From: Eledone cirrhosa
Lineage: Eukaryota
DNA length: 64,000 nt
Assembly: GCA_964016885.1 (NCBI GenBank)
Contig: OZ024741.1
Coordinates: 320,664,001-320,728,000, forward strand
Direction: 5' to 3'
Below the pieces are notes generated by a model. It saw nothing but the letters and a program-made list of their open reading frames with translations. It searched no databases and was not told the origin of the DNA. This document shows, one piece after another, positions 37,950 through 51,399 of the stretch (position 1 is its first letter; every line of letters begins with the position of its first letter). A program made the position numbers and the translations under genes.

Positions 37950-39225
37950 GAGAAGTGTGTGGGAACAGAGTTCAAAGGGTGTGTAGGGGAGTGGTGGAGA
38001 GACATATAGCGAAAGGAAACGGTGCGAATGAAAAAATAAAAAATAAAGATAAAAATAAAAATAAAGCATGATCAAAATACAAGGAATGAGATAAATTTAA
38101 AAATAAAGGCATGATCAAAATAAACTGAAATTAAAAGGGAGGTAAACAGGTGGTGGAAGGGTGTGGGGTGTGTAGGGGTGGTGGCGGGTGGTGTGGGGAG
38201 AGGGGGACAGGGTGTCCGAGCGGGGAGGGCTGAAGGTGGTGTGTGTGTGTAGGTGTGCGTGTGTGTGTGTGTGTGTATGTGAAAGTAAGGGTTGGAGGAA
38301 GAACGGCGTTGCATGTTCAGGAAGAGGTGTGTGGGGGGGGGAGTGTCTGTGCGTATGTGGATAGAGGGGTGGGGGGAGAGGAATCAGGAGGCTGAGGGTG
38401 TAAATATGTGGTGGAAAGCACGTGTGTGTGGGGTTTAAGCGTGTTGTGGGTGTAGGTGGCGTGTGGAGAAAAAAAATTTTTTGGGGTGTGTGTGTGGGTG
38501 AGTTATATAGGTGATTACGTAAGAGGATGGTTGAAAAGTTGGTAAATTCCGAAGATGTTTAGTGGATTGGTTGTTGGTCAATTTCTGCGTGTGGGTATTC
38601 CATGAAGCGATGGTCGGAAGAGGAGAGATGTGGGGTGCGTGCGCAACAGGAAGTGGTCAGCAGTGGGAGTGCTGTGGTCTGTTTGTGCTGGGAGGTGGTC
38701 AGAGGGCATAGCAGCAGTCGGTGGAATGGTAAAGGGGCGAGGATGGGTAGGTGTGAAAGTTGGAGTGAGGAGGGTGTGTATGTGTGTATTAGTAGGGGTG
38801 TTAGTGGGATGAGTGAGTGTGGAGCGAGGGTGTGGGTGGAGCGGGGAGAGAAGGGTGTGTGTGGTTCTATGGAGGGAGTGTGGTGTACTGGTGTGTGTGT
38901 AGTTTGATGAAGAGATGTTAGTGGGTGTTAGTATACGGGGGGTGGGGAGGGGTTGAATGCAGGTGTGAGTGGGGGTTAGTGGTGGGAGGGTGTGTAGAGT
39001 TGGTGGTGTACGAGGGTGTGTGGGTACGTGTGCGTGGGGTTGGGGGGTGTTAGTGATGTTAGTATGTTAGTTGGGGAAGGGTGGTCAGATGAGGGGTGGA
39101 GTGGAGGTGTTAGTATTGTTAGTTGTGGGGTGGGCGGTGAAAAGGAGGGGTGTGTTAGTGGTGTTAGTGGGGGGTAAGTGTGGGGGAGGGGGCGGTCGAA
39201 GGCTAAAGGAATAAGGGTGGGGAGT

Positions 39226-40380
39226 TCAGGCCGGGGGGAGTGTGGGTCTGTAAGATGAAGATAGTTCGTTGTTCGACCGTAAGGCGATTGGCGGGTGTTC
39301 CGTGGCACTGGAGTAGGCCACAGACTGTGAGATGGCGTGCGGAATGTCCAGGGCCACCAAAGTGGCGGGCGATGGGGGAACTGCCCCCGAGACGAATATC
39401 CCGGAGGTGCTCCGTGACTCGGTCCGCCAGGCGACGTCCCGTCTGTCCGACATAGACTAGGTTGGAGGAGGTGCAGCGGAAGGCATGACGAACCGAGAGA
39501 GAGTGGCCGTTGGGACCCTGGAAGGTGGTGGTGTTGTTGATGTGGGGACAGGTGTTGCAGCGGAGCCTAGAACAGGGAAAGGAACCGGGGGGGGGGACAG
39601 AGCGTGGGTTGGGGGGTAGGGAGCTGTGGACGAGGAGGGTGTGGAGATTGCGTGCGCGTTTGAAGGAGGGGAGTGGTGGGGTTGGGAAGATGTGGGAGGT
39701 GGAGGGGTCGGACTGGAGGCGTCGGAAGAGGCGGCGGATGGTGCGGTGGAGGGGTGCGGTGGAGGGGTGGTAGGTGATGGGGAAGGGGAGACGGTGGGTG
39801 GGTGTGCGGTGGCGTGGGGTGAGGGTGGTGGAGCGGGGGACAGCACGGGCGCGGGTGAGAGCAGTGTGGACGAGAGAGGGGGGGGGGGGGGGTAACCTCT
39901 GCGGATGAAATGGCTGACTAGGGAAAGGGCCTGGGACTCAAAGTCAGCATCACGGCTACAGAGGCGGCGGATCCTGAGAAGTTGGGAGTAGGAAATGGAG
40001 TGTTTAGTGTGGGTGGGTGGGAAGAGGTGAAGTCGAGGTAAGAGTGGAGTCGGTGGGTTTGAAGAAGGCGGAGGTGACGAGGGAGTGGTGGGAGGGGTTG
40101 AAGGCGACGGAGATGTCTAAGAGGTGGACGTGGGTGTTGGAGATAGAGGTGGTGAAGTGGAGGGTGGGGTGGAAGGAGCAGAAGAAGGAGAGAAAGGAGT
40201 CGAGCTGTTCTCGGATGAGGGTCGTGGCTCCGATACAGTCGTCAATGTAACGACCGTACAGTTCGGGCGTGGGGCCGGTGTACTGGGCAAAGATTTGGGC
40301 CTCAACATGGCCAACAAAAAGGTTGGCATAGTTCGGGCCCATTCTTGTACCCATGGCTACGCCCGTGACCTGTTGGTAAT
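39226..40380 (-). pseudogene. PLE RT C-terminal half + GIY-YIG endonuclease, frameshifted
   Basis: Manual translation of the minus strand plus ORF 40004-40504. Confidence 0.85.
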
Positions 40381-40420
40381 ACGATATATATATAGATATA
40401 TATATATATATATAACTATA

Positions 40421-40452
<32 letters not shown>

Positions 40453-40507
40453 CATACATACATACACACACATACATATATATAGTATAAGAATAAAGGA
40501 ACAAATA

Positions 40508-40653
40508 ATCAGTGTTGCATCATAACATATTTAGTAACATATTACATGTTTCACTTTGGAATCCAGAGTCAGGTTCAATGAATAATAGATTGTTACTCGA
40601 TCTGATAGACAGGGAAACATGTAATATTAAATATGTTATGATGCAACACTGAT
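40508..40653. repeat. Foldback (about 40-45-bp arms) ending in GAAACATGTA
   Basis: AATCAGTGTTGCATCATAACATATTTA ... TAAATATGTTATGATGCAACACTGATT. Confidence 0.8.
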
Positions 40654-40709
40654 TCACCGGCCATACTGCCTACGGACGCAATTAGCTCGCACCACTACAC
40701 CTATATATA

Positions 40710-40743
<34 letters not shown>

Positions 40744-40749
<6 letters not shown>

Positions 40750-41081
40750 TACACACACCTAACTTTATTTTCTTGATATATTTTTGTGTATTTCATTGGT
40801 CAATTTGAACTCTGTTCCCAAACAGACCTGTAATTTTGAATTGTTGTTATTATCAATAAATATATTTCATTATTTCTGAAGACGGCATATGTATGTGTTG
40901 GTATGTATATTATATTTGATAGTTTGTATAATTTTGTATAATTTTGTACATAGATCTGTTAAATATGCATGCCAATTCTAACACATATATGTCCTAGAAA
41001 CGATCGTTAAATAATGAACTTTTTTTGTTTAATATAAGGAACTGTTTCATTGTTTTATTCATTATTTTTTTAATACTTTAT
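40744..41081 (+). repeat. P2 5' pLTR
   Basis: Direct repeat of 46215-46552 with only a few substitutions. Confidence 0.92.
40866..41018 (+). ncRNA. Type I hammerhead with long stem II (5' pLTR)
   Basis: TTCATTATTT-CTGAAGA-[114 nt, largely paired]-GAAA-CGATCG-TT-AAATAATGAA. Confidence 0.8.
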
Positions 41082-41368
41082 CTTGACTCTGTATTCCGTT
41101 TATCTTTCACCGAAAGTGATTTTTGAATGCATCTCTTCTTTCCATCATATCCGGATTACATTGAGTTCTTCATACGGATTGGACACTACCGTAAACTCTT
41201 GGTAGATCTATCTACATAATTTTGCTTCTATTTTCACGGAAATATTCGTATTTTTGTACTGTATGTGTGTGTTAATTTTATATTTATGTATATACATATA
41301 TATGTATGATTTTATAACCCCATATACATTTAGTTGAGCTCTTTCTATTGTCCATTATCCATATCACA

Positions 41369-43791
41369 ATGGAAAAACAATACTTGGGAACCTCTTTAAA
41401 GAATATACCAATACCTTCTAAGGATGACTTCTTACTCCTTATGATACAGAAAACTAACCAATTTATCAGAAGAGTTAGATGGAGGGCCTACCACTTCGAT
41501 AAAAAATCTAAATATGCAGATAGGAAATATATGTATGATTTCAATACTTACAAGAATCCACCACACAACTCTCTACTTGAAGACTTTGAGAAAGACCTTT
41601 TTAATTTAATTAAACACCTCAAATTTAAGAAGTATAAATCTGTCTTTCAAAAGGACCTTGATTCTACCCTATTGGACCTAAAAAAGTCTAAAAAAATCCA
41701 TGTCCACTCGGACAAAACTGGAAACTTGTATCACATGGATATTGAAGATTATAATGAGTTCATATATAAAGAACTCAGGAAAAATTATAAAAAATCTAAT
41801 AATGCGTCACTCACCAACATCAACAACAAAACACACAACATAGTAAAAAAACTAAACATTGAAGATAGAACTGAACCTTTGGCATTGAAAAGACCACACT
41901 TCAACCTGAAGGATCATAAATCAAACTTTAACTCAAATCCTTCTATAAGACTTATATGTCCCTCCAAATCTGATATTGGAATAATTAGCAAAAAAATTTT
42001 GGATAGAGTCATCCCACAAATAAGAAAACATGTTAATTTACCACTCTGGGAAAACACTTCCCAGGTAATTAACTGGTTTAAAAATATTAGATGTAAATCT
42101 TCTGCTTCATTTCTACAATTTGATATAGATAATTACTATTCTTCTATATCACCTATACTCCTGAACAAAGCTTTGATATTTGCTAAAAATAGATCTAACT
42201 TAACTTTGGATGACATTAATATTATTACACATGCTAGACTAACACTTATTGAATTTCAGAATGAATACTGGACCAGAAACACATATAGTAATCTATTTGA
42301 TATTACTATGGATTCAAGCGATTCTGCCCAAATTACTGATCTTGTGGGCCTCTTTCTTCTTTTCAACATAAATGCTTCCTTTCCCCACCTTAAAGGTGGT
42401 TTATATCGTGATGACTGTCTTCTTCTTTCCAACAACCTTAGCCTCTCAGAAATAGAAAAAAACAAAAAGCTTATTAGAACTTTCCTTAAAGACTATTATA
42501 GTCTTCATATTACTTTTGAAAACACAAGTAAAGTAGTTAATTTCCTAGATATAACTTTAGACTTAGCTACGGGTATCTACCAACCTTACCATAAACCCAA
42601 CCAAAACTTACACTACATACACTCACAATCTAATCACCCTAAATCTATCCTTAAAAACCTTGCATATAATATATCACTTAGAATTTCTAACCTTTCGTCT
42701 AACCAAGATGTATTTGATAAAAATGCGACCTTCTATAACGAAGCTCTAGATAGAAGTGGCCACAAAAATAAATTAGAATATATACCTTCTACTAAAAATA
42801 CTATAAACATACAACCTAATATTACCAACAAACACCAAATGAAAAGTACACACCTAAATGCCACCCACACTATACCCCAAAATACCAACAACTCCTCTAA
42901 TATAAAGTATAGTAACTCTCAAAAAACTACTCATCATACAACTCTAATAAATGTTAATAATAAAACTCCTAATAAACAAGATAAAACACCTAAATCAATA
43001 AATCTAACTAAAAATGTGCGTGGTGAGGTCATTAACATTAATCCTCCTAGTAAACATCACGATACAACCTATAAAAATAATAAACAACATAGAAACCGTA
43101 ATAGACGAGTTACTTGGTATAATGCTCCATTTAATTTACAAATTAAGGATAATATTGCTAAAAAATTTTTTTATATCCTAGAGAAAAACTTCCCGCCAAA
43201 CCACAAATACCATCAAATCTTAAATAGGTCAACAGTTAAATTCTCATACTCAACAACCAAAAACATAAAACAAAATATAAGTGCCTATAATGCATATAAA
43301 TGTAAAAATACCATAAGTATACCACCAATACATCAAACTAACCATAATATCTCCTCAAATACAGAATTAACTGTAGAAACAAAGCAAACTGCCCATTAAA
43401 AGGAAATTGTCTTGTTAACAACATAGTTTATAAATGTAATGTTAAAACTAAAGATTCTATTTCCTCATATATAGGAGCTACTTCTAACAATTTTAAGGTA
43501 AGGTTTAATACCCACAAACATAGTTTTAAAAATGCCGCACTGGCTAATACAACATCTCTAGCAGAAAAAATTAATAGTTATAGAAATAAGAATATAGAAT
43601 ATGATATGACCTGGAGTGTGCTCAAAAGAGCCACCCCTTATCAAAATAATAGAAATGAATGTAGATTATGTTCCCAAGAACTATGTGAAATAATGAAATC
43701 TAAGGATATCCTATTAAATAAGCGACAGGAATTAATTATATCGTGTAATCATAAACTGAGAAAAACATTTAAATATTATAAACCTAATTAA
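41369..43791 (+). pseudogene. PLE RT + GIY-YIG ORF with one frameshift (between about 43300 and 43370)
   Basis: SLKNIPIPS, FDIDNYYSSI, GLYRDD, NFLDITLDL, SNHP; second frame NCPLKGNCL..IVYKCNV..SYIGAT..FKVRFNTH..CRLCSQE..LLNKRQE. Confidence 0.9.
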
Positions 43792-44640
43792 TAATATATA
43801 TTTTAGAAATTAATATATAATTTAATTTAAATGTAATTAACCTATAAATTTAATTTAATTAAAATTCTACTACAGATGAGATTATAAAGTATTGTGTAAT
43901 CATAAATTGTGAAAAACTTTTAAATATTATTAACATAATTAATATATACTTTGTAAATTAATTTATAGATTAATTTTAGTTTATTTAACCTTTTATTAAA
44001 ATTCCTTTACAGATGAAATATAACAAAATATCGTGTAATCAATAACAGAGAAATATTTTTTAATATTATAAACCTAATTAATGTACAATTTAGAAATTTA
44101 TTTATAAATTAATTTTAATTTAGTTAACCTATAATTTTAATTTAATTAGCTTAAAATTAAAATTCTAATACAGATGGATTGCAGAATATCATGTAATCAT
44201 AAACTGAGATAAATTTTTAAATATATACCTAATTAATATATTCTTTACAATTAAATATATATATATATATATTAATTTTAATTTTTGTTAACCTATAATT
44301 ATATTCTACTATAGATAAAATACAAAATCTGCTTTAATTATTATAAACCTAATTAACATATACTATAGAAATTAATATATAATTTTTAATTTAGTTAACC
44401 TATAATTTATATTCTACTACCGATGAAATACTTGATTTGGTTTTCCCTATTACTAAATTCATTTCCTAATATTGATACCATAATGTTAATATTTTTAATT
44501 TAGTTATGCTATAATTAATACTCTACTACTGTTTAACTTCAAAATTCCGCTTCAAATATTATAAACCTAAGTAGTATACACCTTAGAAATCAATATATTA
44601 ACTATTTTTAATTTAGTTAACCTATAATTAATAGTCTACT
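43741..44640 (+). repeat. Degenerate AT-rich tandem repeat (about 140-160-bp units) in the P2 3' UTR
   Basis: TGTAATCATAAACTGAG...AAACCTAATTAAT...TTAACCTATAA...ATTCTACTACAGATG recurs near 43741, 43891, 44030, 44188 and partially after. Confidence 0.8.
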
Positions 44641-44799
44641 TATATTAAAATGCATAATTTTGCCTTCTTTCTTACATTTCCTAATACTGAAACTACTATG
44701 TAAACACATATTATGATCTAAATGCAGATTAATATTCTATGTTCCTTGAAACCTATATTTACTATTTCCCACTAATAATTTTAATCCCCCCCCCTATAA

Positions 44800-44918
44800 T
44801 TATTTGTATTTGTAAGCGTGGATGTATGTATGTCTATGTAAGTAGGTATGTATGTTTGGGTGTTTGTATGTGAGTATAAAAATACATATGTGCGCATGTA
44901 AATAAGTGTGTATGATTG

Positions 44919-44951
<33 letters not shown>

Positions 44952-45141
44952 GTATATATATGTGTATATGTATGTATATGTATGTGTATATATATGTTTG
45001 TGTGTATGTGTGTGTATGTATATATGTATGTGTGCGTGTGTATGTGTATATATATTTGTAGAGATGTGTGTATGTGTATATATATATATGTGTGTGCATA
45101 ATTGTCTGACTGTGTGTATTTATTTATTTATTTATTTATTT

Positions 45142-45231
<90 letters not shown>

Positions 45232-45690
45232 ATGTATATGTATGTGTGTGTGTGTATATATATTTATGTGTATGTATATATCTATATATATATATATATA
45301 TATATGTATATGTGTGTATGTATATCTCTTTATTTATGTATGTCTGAGTTGTGTGAGCGTGTGGTTGTATGTGTATATACATACATGGATATGTGTATGT
45401 GTGTGTATATATACGTATATGTATGTGTGTGTGTGTGTATATATATGTGTGTGTATGTATATATATATATATATCTGTGTATATGTGTGTGTGTATATAT
45501 GTGTGTGTATGTATATATATATAGGTATGTATGTGTATATGTGTATGTACATATATGTGTGTATATATATATGTGTGTTGTGAATATATGTATATATATA
45601 TGTGTGTATGTATATGTGTCTATGTATTTATATATGTATATGTATGTGTCTCTATATATATGTGTATGTATATATATGTATATATATGTG

Positions 45691-45726
<36 letters not shown>

Positions 45727-46200
45727 TGTATATCGATGTGTATTTTATATTTTACTTGTTTATATATATTTTTTTAAATATATTTCTTTTTATTTCTAAA
45801 TTTATAGATACATTTTATAAATAGGCAGTTGTCTGACACCCGTAGTAATTACTGACCCCCTTACCTACTTCTGCATCTAGATGTAAATATATGTGGCAGT
45901 GCTTATGTGTGCGCCTCAATGTCCATATAGTTATAATAATAATATATACATATGTGTGTGTGTGTGTGTGGGTGTGTGTGTGTATGTTCGTGGGTATGTG
46001 TATGTTTATGTGTATATGCGCGTGTGTGTGTGAATGTATGTATATGTGTGTATATATGAATGTATATATGTTTATATACGTACGTGTATTTTATCTGTAG
46101 ATTATAAACATACAGAGACATTAGCCCTGAATTTTTGTATTTACATACATTTTTTCGACATGCGTATGCATGTGAACATATATTTTTATGCATATCTGTG
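44800..46200. repeat. Compound (TA)n/(TG)n/(TATG)n microsatellite region
   Basis: Direct reading; similar tracts occur throughout 35-64 kb. Confidence 0.95.
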
Positions 46201-46214
46201 AACGAAGTTACTTA

Positions 46215-46552
46215 CATATATACACACACCTAACTGTATTTTCTTGATATATTTTTGTGTATTTCATTGGTCAATTTGAACTCTGTTCCCAAACAGACCT
46301 GTAATTTTGAATTGTTGTTATTATCAATAAATATACTTCATTATTTCTGAAGACGGCATATATATGTGTTGGTATGTATATTATATTTGATAGTTTGTAT
46401 AATTTTGTATAATTTTGTACATAGATCTGTTGAATATGCATGCCAATTCTAACACATATATGTCCTAGAAACGATCGTTAAATAATGAACTTTTTTTGTT
46501 TAATATAAGGAACTGTTTCATTGTTTTATTCATTATTTTTTTAATACTTTAT
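46215..46552 (+). repeat. P2 3' pLTR
   Basis: Direct repeat of 40744-41081, followed by (TA)n. Confidence 0.92.
46337..46489 (+). ncRNA. Type I hammerhead with long stem II (3' pLTR)
   Basis: Same fold as 40866-41018. Confidence 0.8.
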
Positions 46553-46570
46553 ATATATATATATATACAT

Positions 46571-46936
46571 ATACGATATTAACAAATGGAAACTATATTT
46601 ATAAAAGCATATTTATTTCATTATACATATTTCAAGGACACCAAGTTAAATTATGGTGTGCTTTCATCAGATAAAACATAATATAGATCAGTTTTATAAA
46701 TAAATATTGACATACCCTTAAATAATGCAACCATTGCTGTTGGTGGAAGCTATCCGGGAGCTTCCAACAGTAATGGTTGCATTCTTTAAGAGTATGTCAA
46801 TATTTATTTATAAAGCTGATCTATATTATGTTTTATTTGATGAAAGCACACCATAATTTAACTTGGTGTCCTTGAAATATGTATAATGAAATAAATATGG
46901 TTTTATAAATATAGTTTCCATTTGTTAATATCGTAT
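46571..46936. repeat. Near-perfect foldback (about 175-bp arms), each arm carrying a hammerhead-like motif
   Basis: Centre GGAAGCT ATCCGGG AGCTTCC; arms pair out to ATACGATATTAACAAATGG / CCATTTGTTAATATCGTAT. Confidence 0.9.
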
Positions 46937-47023
46937 TTTTACTCCAAATATTTGTTGAGTGCTTTATATTAATTATAAAAATATTTGCTTGTTGTATCCC
47001 AACAATTTAAATAGAACTTTTAC

Positions 47024-47177
<154 letters not shown>

Positions 47178-47206
47178 GTATGTGTGTAAATATGTATATA
47201 CACATG

Positions 47207-47685
47207 TACCGCGCGGTTAAATCACTGGGAGTGAAGGACCCCTAGCTTTTGTCAGGGCATTCTTCTAGGAGAAGGCAACTCAGGAAACTGGGATAACTCC
47301 GATATAAAACCTGCGGCTCAGTAGTTACCGATGATGTTGATCTTTTTCTTTTTTTCGGGTTATAGCTACTGTCGCTCAGAGAGTGGGATTGGCTCAGTGC
47401 ACAGTCTTTCCTCACTTAAAAAAAATATCTTCACGCACAGGCACTGCACGATGGCAGTATCGGTAGAGGGTCGGACGCCACTCTTTCCAGCATAGTTACG
47501 TCCCTTTACGATCTGAGTTCAAATCCCGCCGAGGTTGACTTTGCCTTTCATCCTTACGCGGTCGATAAAATAAAGTACCAGTAATGCACTGGGTAATTGC
47601 TGGCCTTGTGCCTAAAGTAGAAACAATTATTAATAATGGTATATCGTGCAAAGACCATACTCGATAACGAGGGGGCAGCCATCAT

Positions 47686-47686
<1 letters not shown>
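47207..47686 (+). mobile_element. RTE-derived non-autonomous repeat R1, interrupted by a SINE S1
   Basis: CTAGGAGAAGG motif recalled as typical of RTE 5' UTRs; homologous to 52810-53150 and 53690-53851 (minus). Confidence 0.65.
47452..47631 (+). mobile_element. SINE S1
   Basis: Near-identical to 63647-63825. Confidence 0.9.
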
Positions 47687-47743
<57 letters not shown>

Positions 47744-48340
47744 GAGAGAGAGAGAGACACATAATATACAAAATATATGATATAGACTTTGATATACTCT
47801 GTCTGATTAAAAGGTGGGATGACTATAGCTTGAACGGTTTTCATCAGGCGTCTTCTATCAAGGCTTTGCTGGCGCTAAACTCCGACAATATCGCCACAAA
47901 CAATATTATCAACCGAATCAATACAATGAGAAACATTATGTCTTTGTTCAACTTGTTAGCAACAGAAATAAATCTATTTTTCTTCTTCGTAGTTCTAATC
48001 CATTATTACTGAACTGTGGCTAAAAAACAGTAACCTTGCCAATAATACATCCAAATTATCTAGTGAATATGAACAAAGGAACGAAGTCTTTTATAAATGT
48101 TCTATATATCAAAATAACCTTATTAAAAAGAGAAGAAAAAATCGGATAATGTCGTGTTAGGGCGGAAACATGTTTATCTAGAAAACAAGTGGCACCGGTT
48201 TCATCTCACTGTATATAGATTCGGCATGTGCCTTTCGCCAAAGTCTAGTCGGCAGAACCTTTCCTGAAACTCAACATGTACACACATGCACACGTATATA
48301 TTTGTGTGTGTAACCGTGAGTACCTGTGTATAAGTATGTA

Positions 48341-48416
<76 letters not shown>

Positions 48417-48520
48417 TATATATATAGGTTTACATATATATATATATATATACATATACGTGTTTTGCAACTGGTCACTTTGTGGCTCAATGAAAAGTTA
48501 ATAAATTAAATAATCAGAGC

Positions 48521-48655
48521 TATATATCATAAAACATGTCTATAGAATCACCAGATAAAATATATATCATTTTCTCTCCCAATTATAGTTAATTATGCTA
48601 ATTGGGAGAAAAATGGTATATATTTTATCTGATGATTCTATAGACATGTTTTATG

Positions 48656-48660
<5 letters not shown>
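48521..48660. repeat. Foldback (about 62-bp arms) containing CTGATGA
   Basis: TATATCATAAAACATGTCTATAGAATCA ... TGATTCTATAGACATGTTTTATGATATA. Confidence 0.85.
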
Positions 48661-48699
<39 letters not shown>

Positions 48700-49304
48700 G
48701 TATGTATTATAATTTCGTATTTCTAAAGAAACACGATATATTTATAGATAAACATTTAGAAAGCCGTCGCTACGCTATGCAAAAACCACCGGGACTATTA
48801 CCCTATGGTGGTATCCAGCAGAAGCAAGGTTTACAATTCTCGATGCATTTCAAACTTAACTGGTTCTCATCAGTGCGCCCCCCCCCCCCCCCCCCCCCTC
48901 GCCCCACTTGCGACTGCTGGACTCGAACAGTATGTGTAAATGAGGTCATTAATCTCATTTCCATATGATGCTGCATAAGTTGTGTCAACTTATAATAGAA
49001 TAGAATTAGGATTTAGCTTTAGGCATAGCTGTATAGAGATAAGTATCATAATTTCGTATTTCTAAAGAAACACGGTATGTTTATATATATATATATATAT
49101 ATATATAAACATAGATGATATACTCAGCCTCATATCATCTAGTAAAGAGGCCGACATAATATCTACGACATTCTCAAACATAGATAACATGAAATTTTGC
49201 CATTTGTCAATGTGTTTTTCTTTTTATGAGGATGCGTGTGTGTTGCGGTGTTCTTTGATGCGCATGTGGAGTGCTCGAGTCATGCTATATTCTAATCTGT
49301 TATT

Positions 49305-49352
<48 letters not shown>

Positions 49353-50703
49353 GGTGTGTGTGTATATGTATGTATATGTGTATATATATGTATATGTATA
49401 TATATATACACGCAACTTTTACTTCTTTCATTCAGCCAAAAATCTAATGACTACTCTCAATTTCAGATAGTACAGAATAGAGGAGTTACATTTTGCGTAA
49501 AAGATGTCCTACGGGTACTCAAATGCAAAATAACACAAATTGGTATGTCCAACACCAATATTATTCACACAGTTCAATCCATCTGTCATTCAACGATATG
49601 TCGCAAAAATGTATACACATATTTATTAGAATGCTGTTGAAATGTGTATACATTTTGGGGGACACACTAATATAAATGGATAAATATTGGTTAAAAGAAT
49701 GAAAAATGTCAACATACTTAAATATGGAATAATACGCGATGTCCCCACCTCTACAGCCCCGGTGGACAAAATAGGAAGGAGTTTCCTCGTGAGACGGTAA
49801 GGGAGACGTTAGTTTATGAGATAGAATGATTTAATAGTTCTCAGAATAGAATAATTTTGTTTGTTTGTGTTTTTATTTTTACACAGGAAGTAATGCATTA
49901 GAAATAAGACAGATAATAGGCAGTTTTCACAATAATAGTTTCGCTATAGAAACAGTAGAGAAGACAATATCATTTATCATTGAATTGTTAGATAGAAGTA
50001 CTTTTACATTTATCTAAATACGTGCCAATTAGACGAATTTAGATATGCCCTATGAAATACATTTGTGACTAATGTATGTGTGTCTGTATGTGTGTGTGTG
50101 TGTGTGTGCGTGCGCGCGCGCGCGTGTGTGTGTGTATACCGGTGGGAGTTTTGGTTCCGAGGTAAATATGTTTAAATGTTCGAACATCGGCAGGAAAACA
50201 AAATACCCTTTGTTTGCGTACGAACTCTTTTGTGGTACTTTTTCCACAGACAACCCCTTGTACCATCGTAAATGCAGTGTACCAAGCACGGTTCGCTGGA
50301 GACGTATAAACAACGATGCTATTGTTCAAAAGATGGGATATAGAATAAAATAAATATATAGATACTCTAAGTTAGGTATCAAAGGGCCTTCCACTTGTAA
50401 CTGGATTGTTTTTGTTCCTCATTGGTTTTCCAGATCTAGAAAACAAGAACATTAGCAACAACAACATCACTTTAAAGTATTGGTTTTCACTGATGTGCAA
50501 CCCCTATTCAATATTGTTTAATCAGAAATGTTAATCAAGCCACTTTGGCATTAACCGCCGTAAATGTTTTGTATGTTGGACTATATTATAAAAGATATCG
50601 TTTAATTTTTATGCTGGTAAGGTAGGGTTTCAGTGATATTTGGATCTCATATCAAGTAGGTAAAATGATCGTCCTTTTCCCCTCCTTGTTTTCTCTCATA
50701 TAT

Positions 50704-51267
50704 CAATTAATCACTTCTCTGAGTAGATAATTTATTAATATATCTTATCCTTTCATTGAGATGTCTAAATATTAGAGACAGTTAACATTATAAATTAATA
50801 TTAATTGCTCCATCATTGTCGTGCAGATTTAGACGATTTTGGCTGCTATTTCTAGCGTCAATATAAGCCGTCGTATTGTCCTAATACATTGAGTGGGATA
50901 TATTCATATAGTAATTCAGCGACGCATCACGTTGGACATCATGTGGTTCGGCGACGACATGGTATGTATGATATGTATTAAACTTCTCCCAATGACGGAA
51001 ATGTAATTCTTCCAATATTGGTTATTCCAATCTCTTGGAATAATTAATGTTGTTTCTTGAATTCCAGAAACTATGGATGGAGAACTGTATGAGTAAAAAC
51101 GACTAATTTTAGACGGTGTAGCTTTTATCCCTCCACTCACCCAAATTGAGATTTTGGCTTAAGTTGAATATATTTAATTACTTCTCTGAATAGATAATTT
51201 ATTAATATATCTTATTCTTTCATTGCGATGTCTCCATATTAGAGACAGTTAACTTTACGAATTAATA
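50704..51267 (-). mobile_element. Probable decayed PLE 3' remnant with about 95-bp direct repeats (50704-50800, 51174-51267)
   Basis: Direct repeats seen; weak GIY-YIG C-terminal-like peptide (ILEELH) between them on the minus strand. Confidence 0.45.
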
Positions 51268-51279
51268 TATATATATATT

Positions 51280-51375
<96 letters not shown>

Positions 51376-51399
51376 TATTAGAACTGAAATAGCGATGTA

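Larger units (their letters stand above)
37828..40380 (-). mobile_element. Penelope-like element P1, 5'-truncated, between (TA)n tracts
   Basis: RT YYQQVTGVAMGTRMGPNYAN / RYIDD, thumb SISYSQLLRIRRLCS, GIY-YIG VYVGQTGRRLADRVTEH; terminal hammerhead and AATAAA. Confidence 0.9.
40744..46552 (+). mobile_element. Penelope-like element P2, full length, with two direct pLTRs, inserted in (TA)n
   Basis: RT + GIY-YIG ORF flanked by about 335-bp near-identical direct repeats. Confidence 0.92.

Noticed and set aside
43741-44640. CRISPR-like array or prokaryotic RT system
   Set aside because: No constant repeat with unique spacers, no cas or retron context; eukaryotic retroelement DNA
40744-46552. LTR retrotransposon
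   Set aside because: No TG..CA ends, PBS, gag, protease or integrase; RT + GIY-YIG and hammerheads indicate Penelope pLTRs
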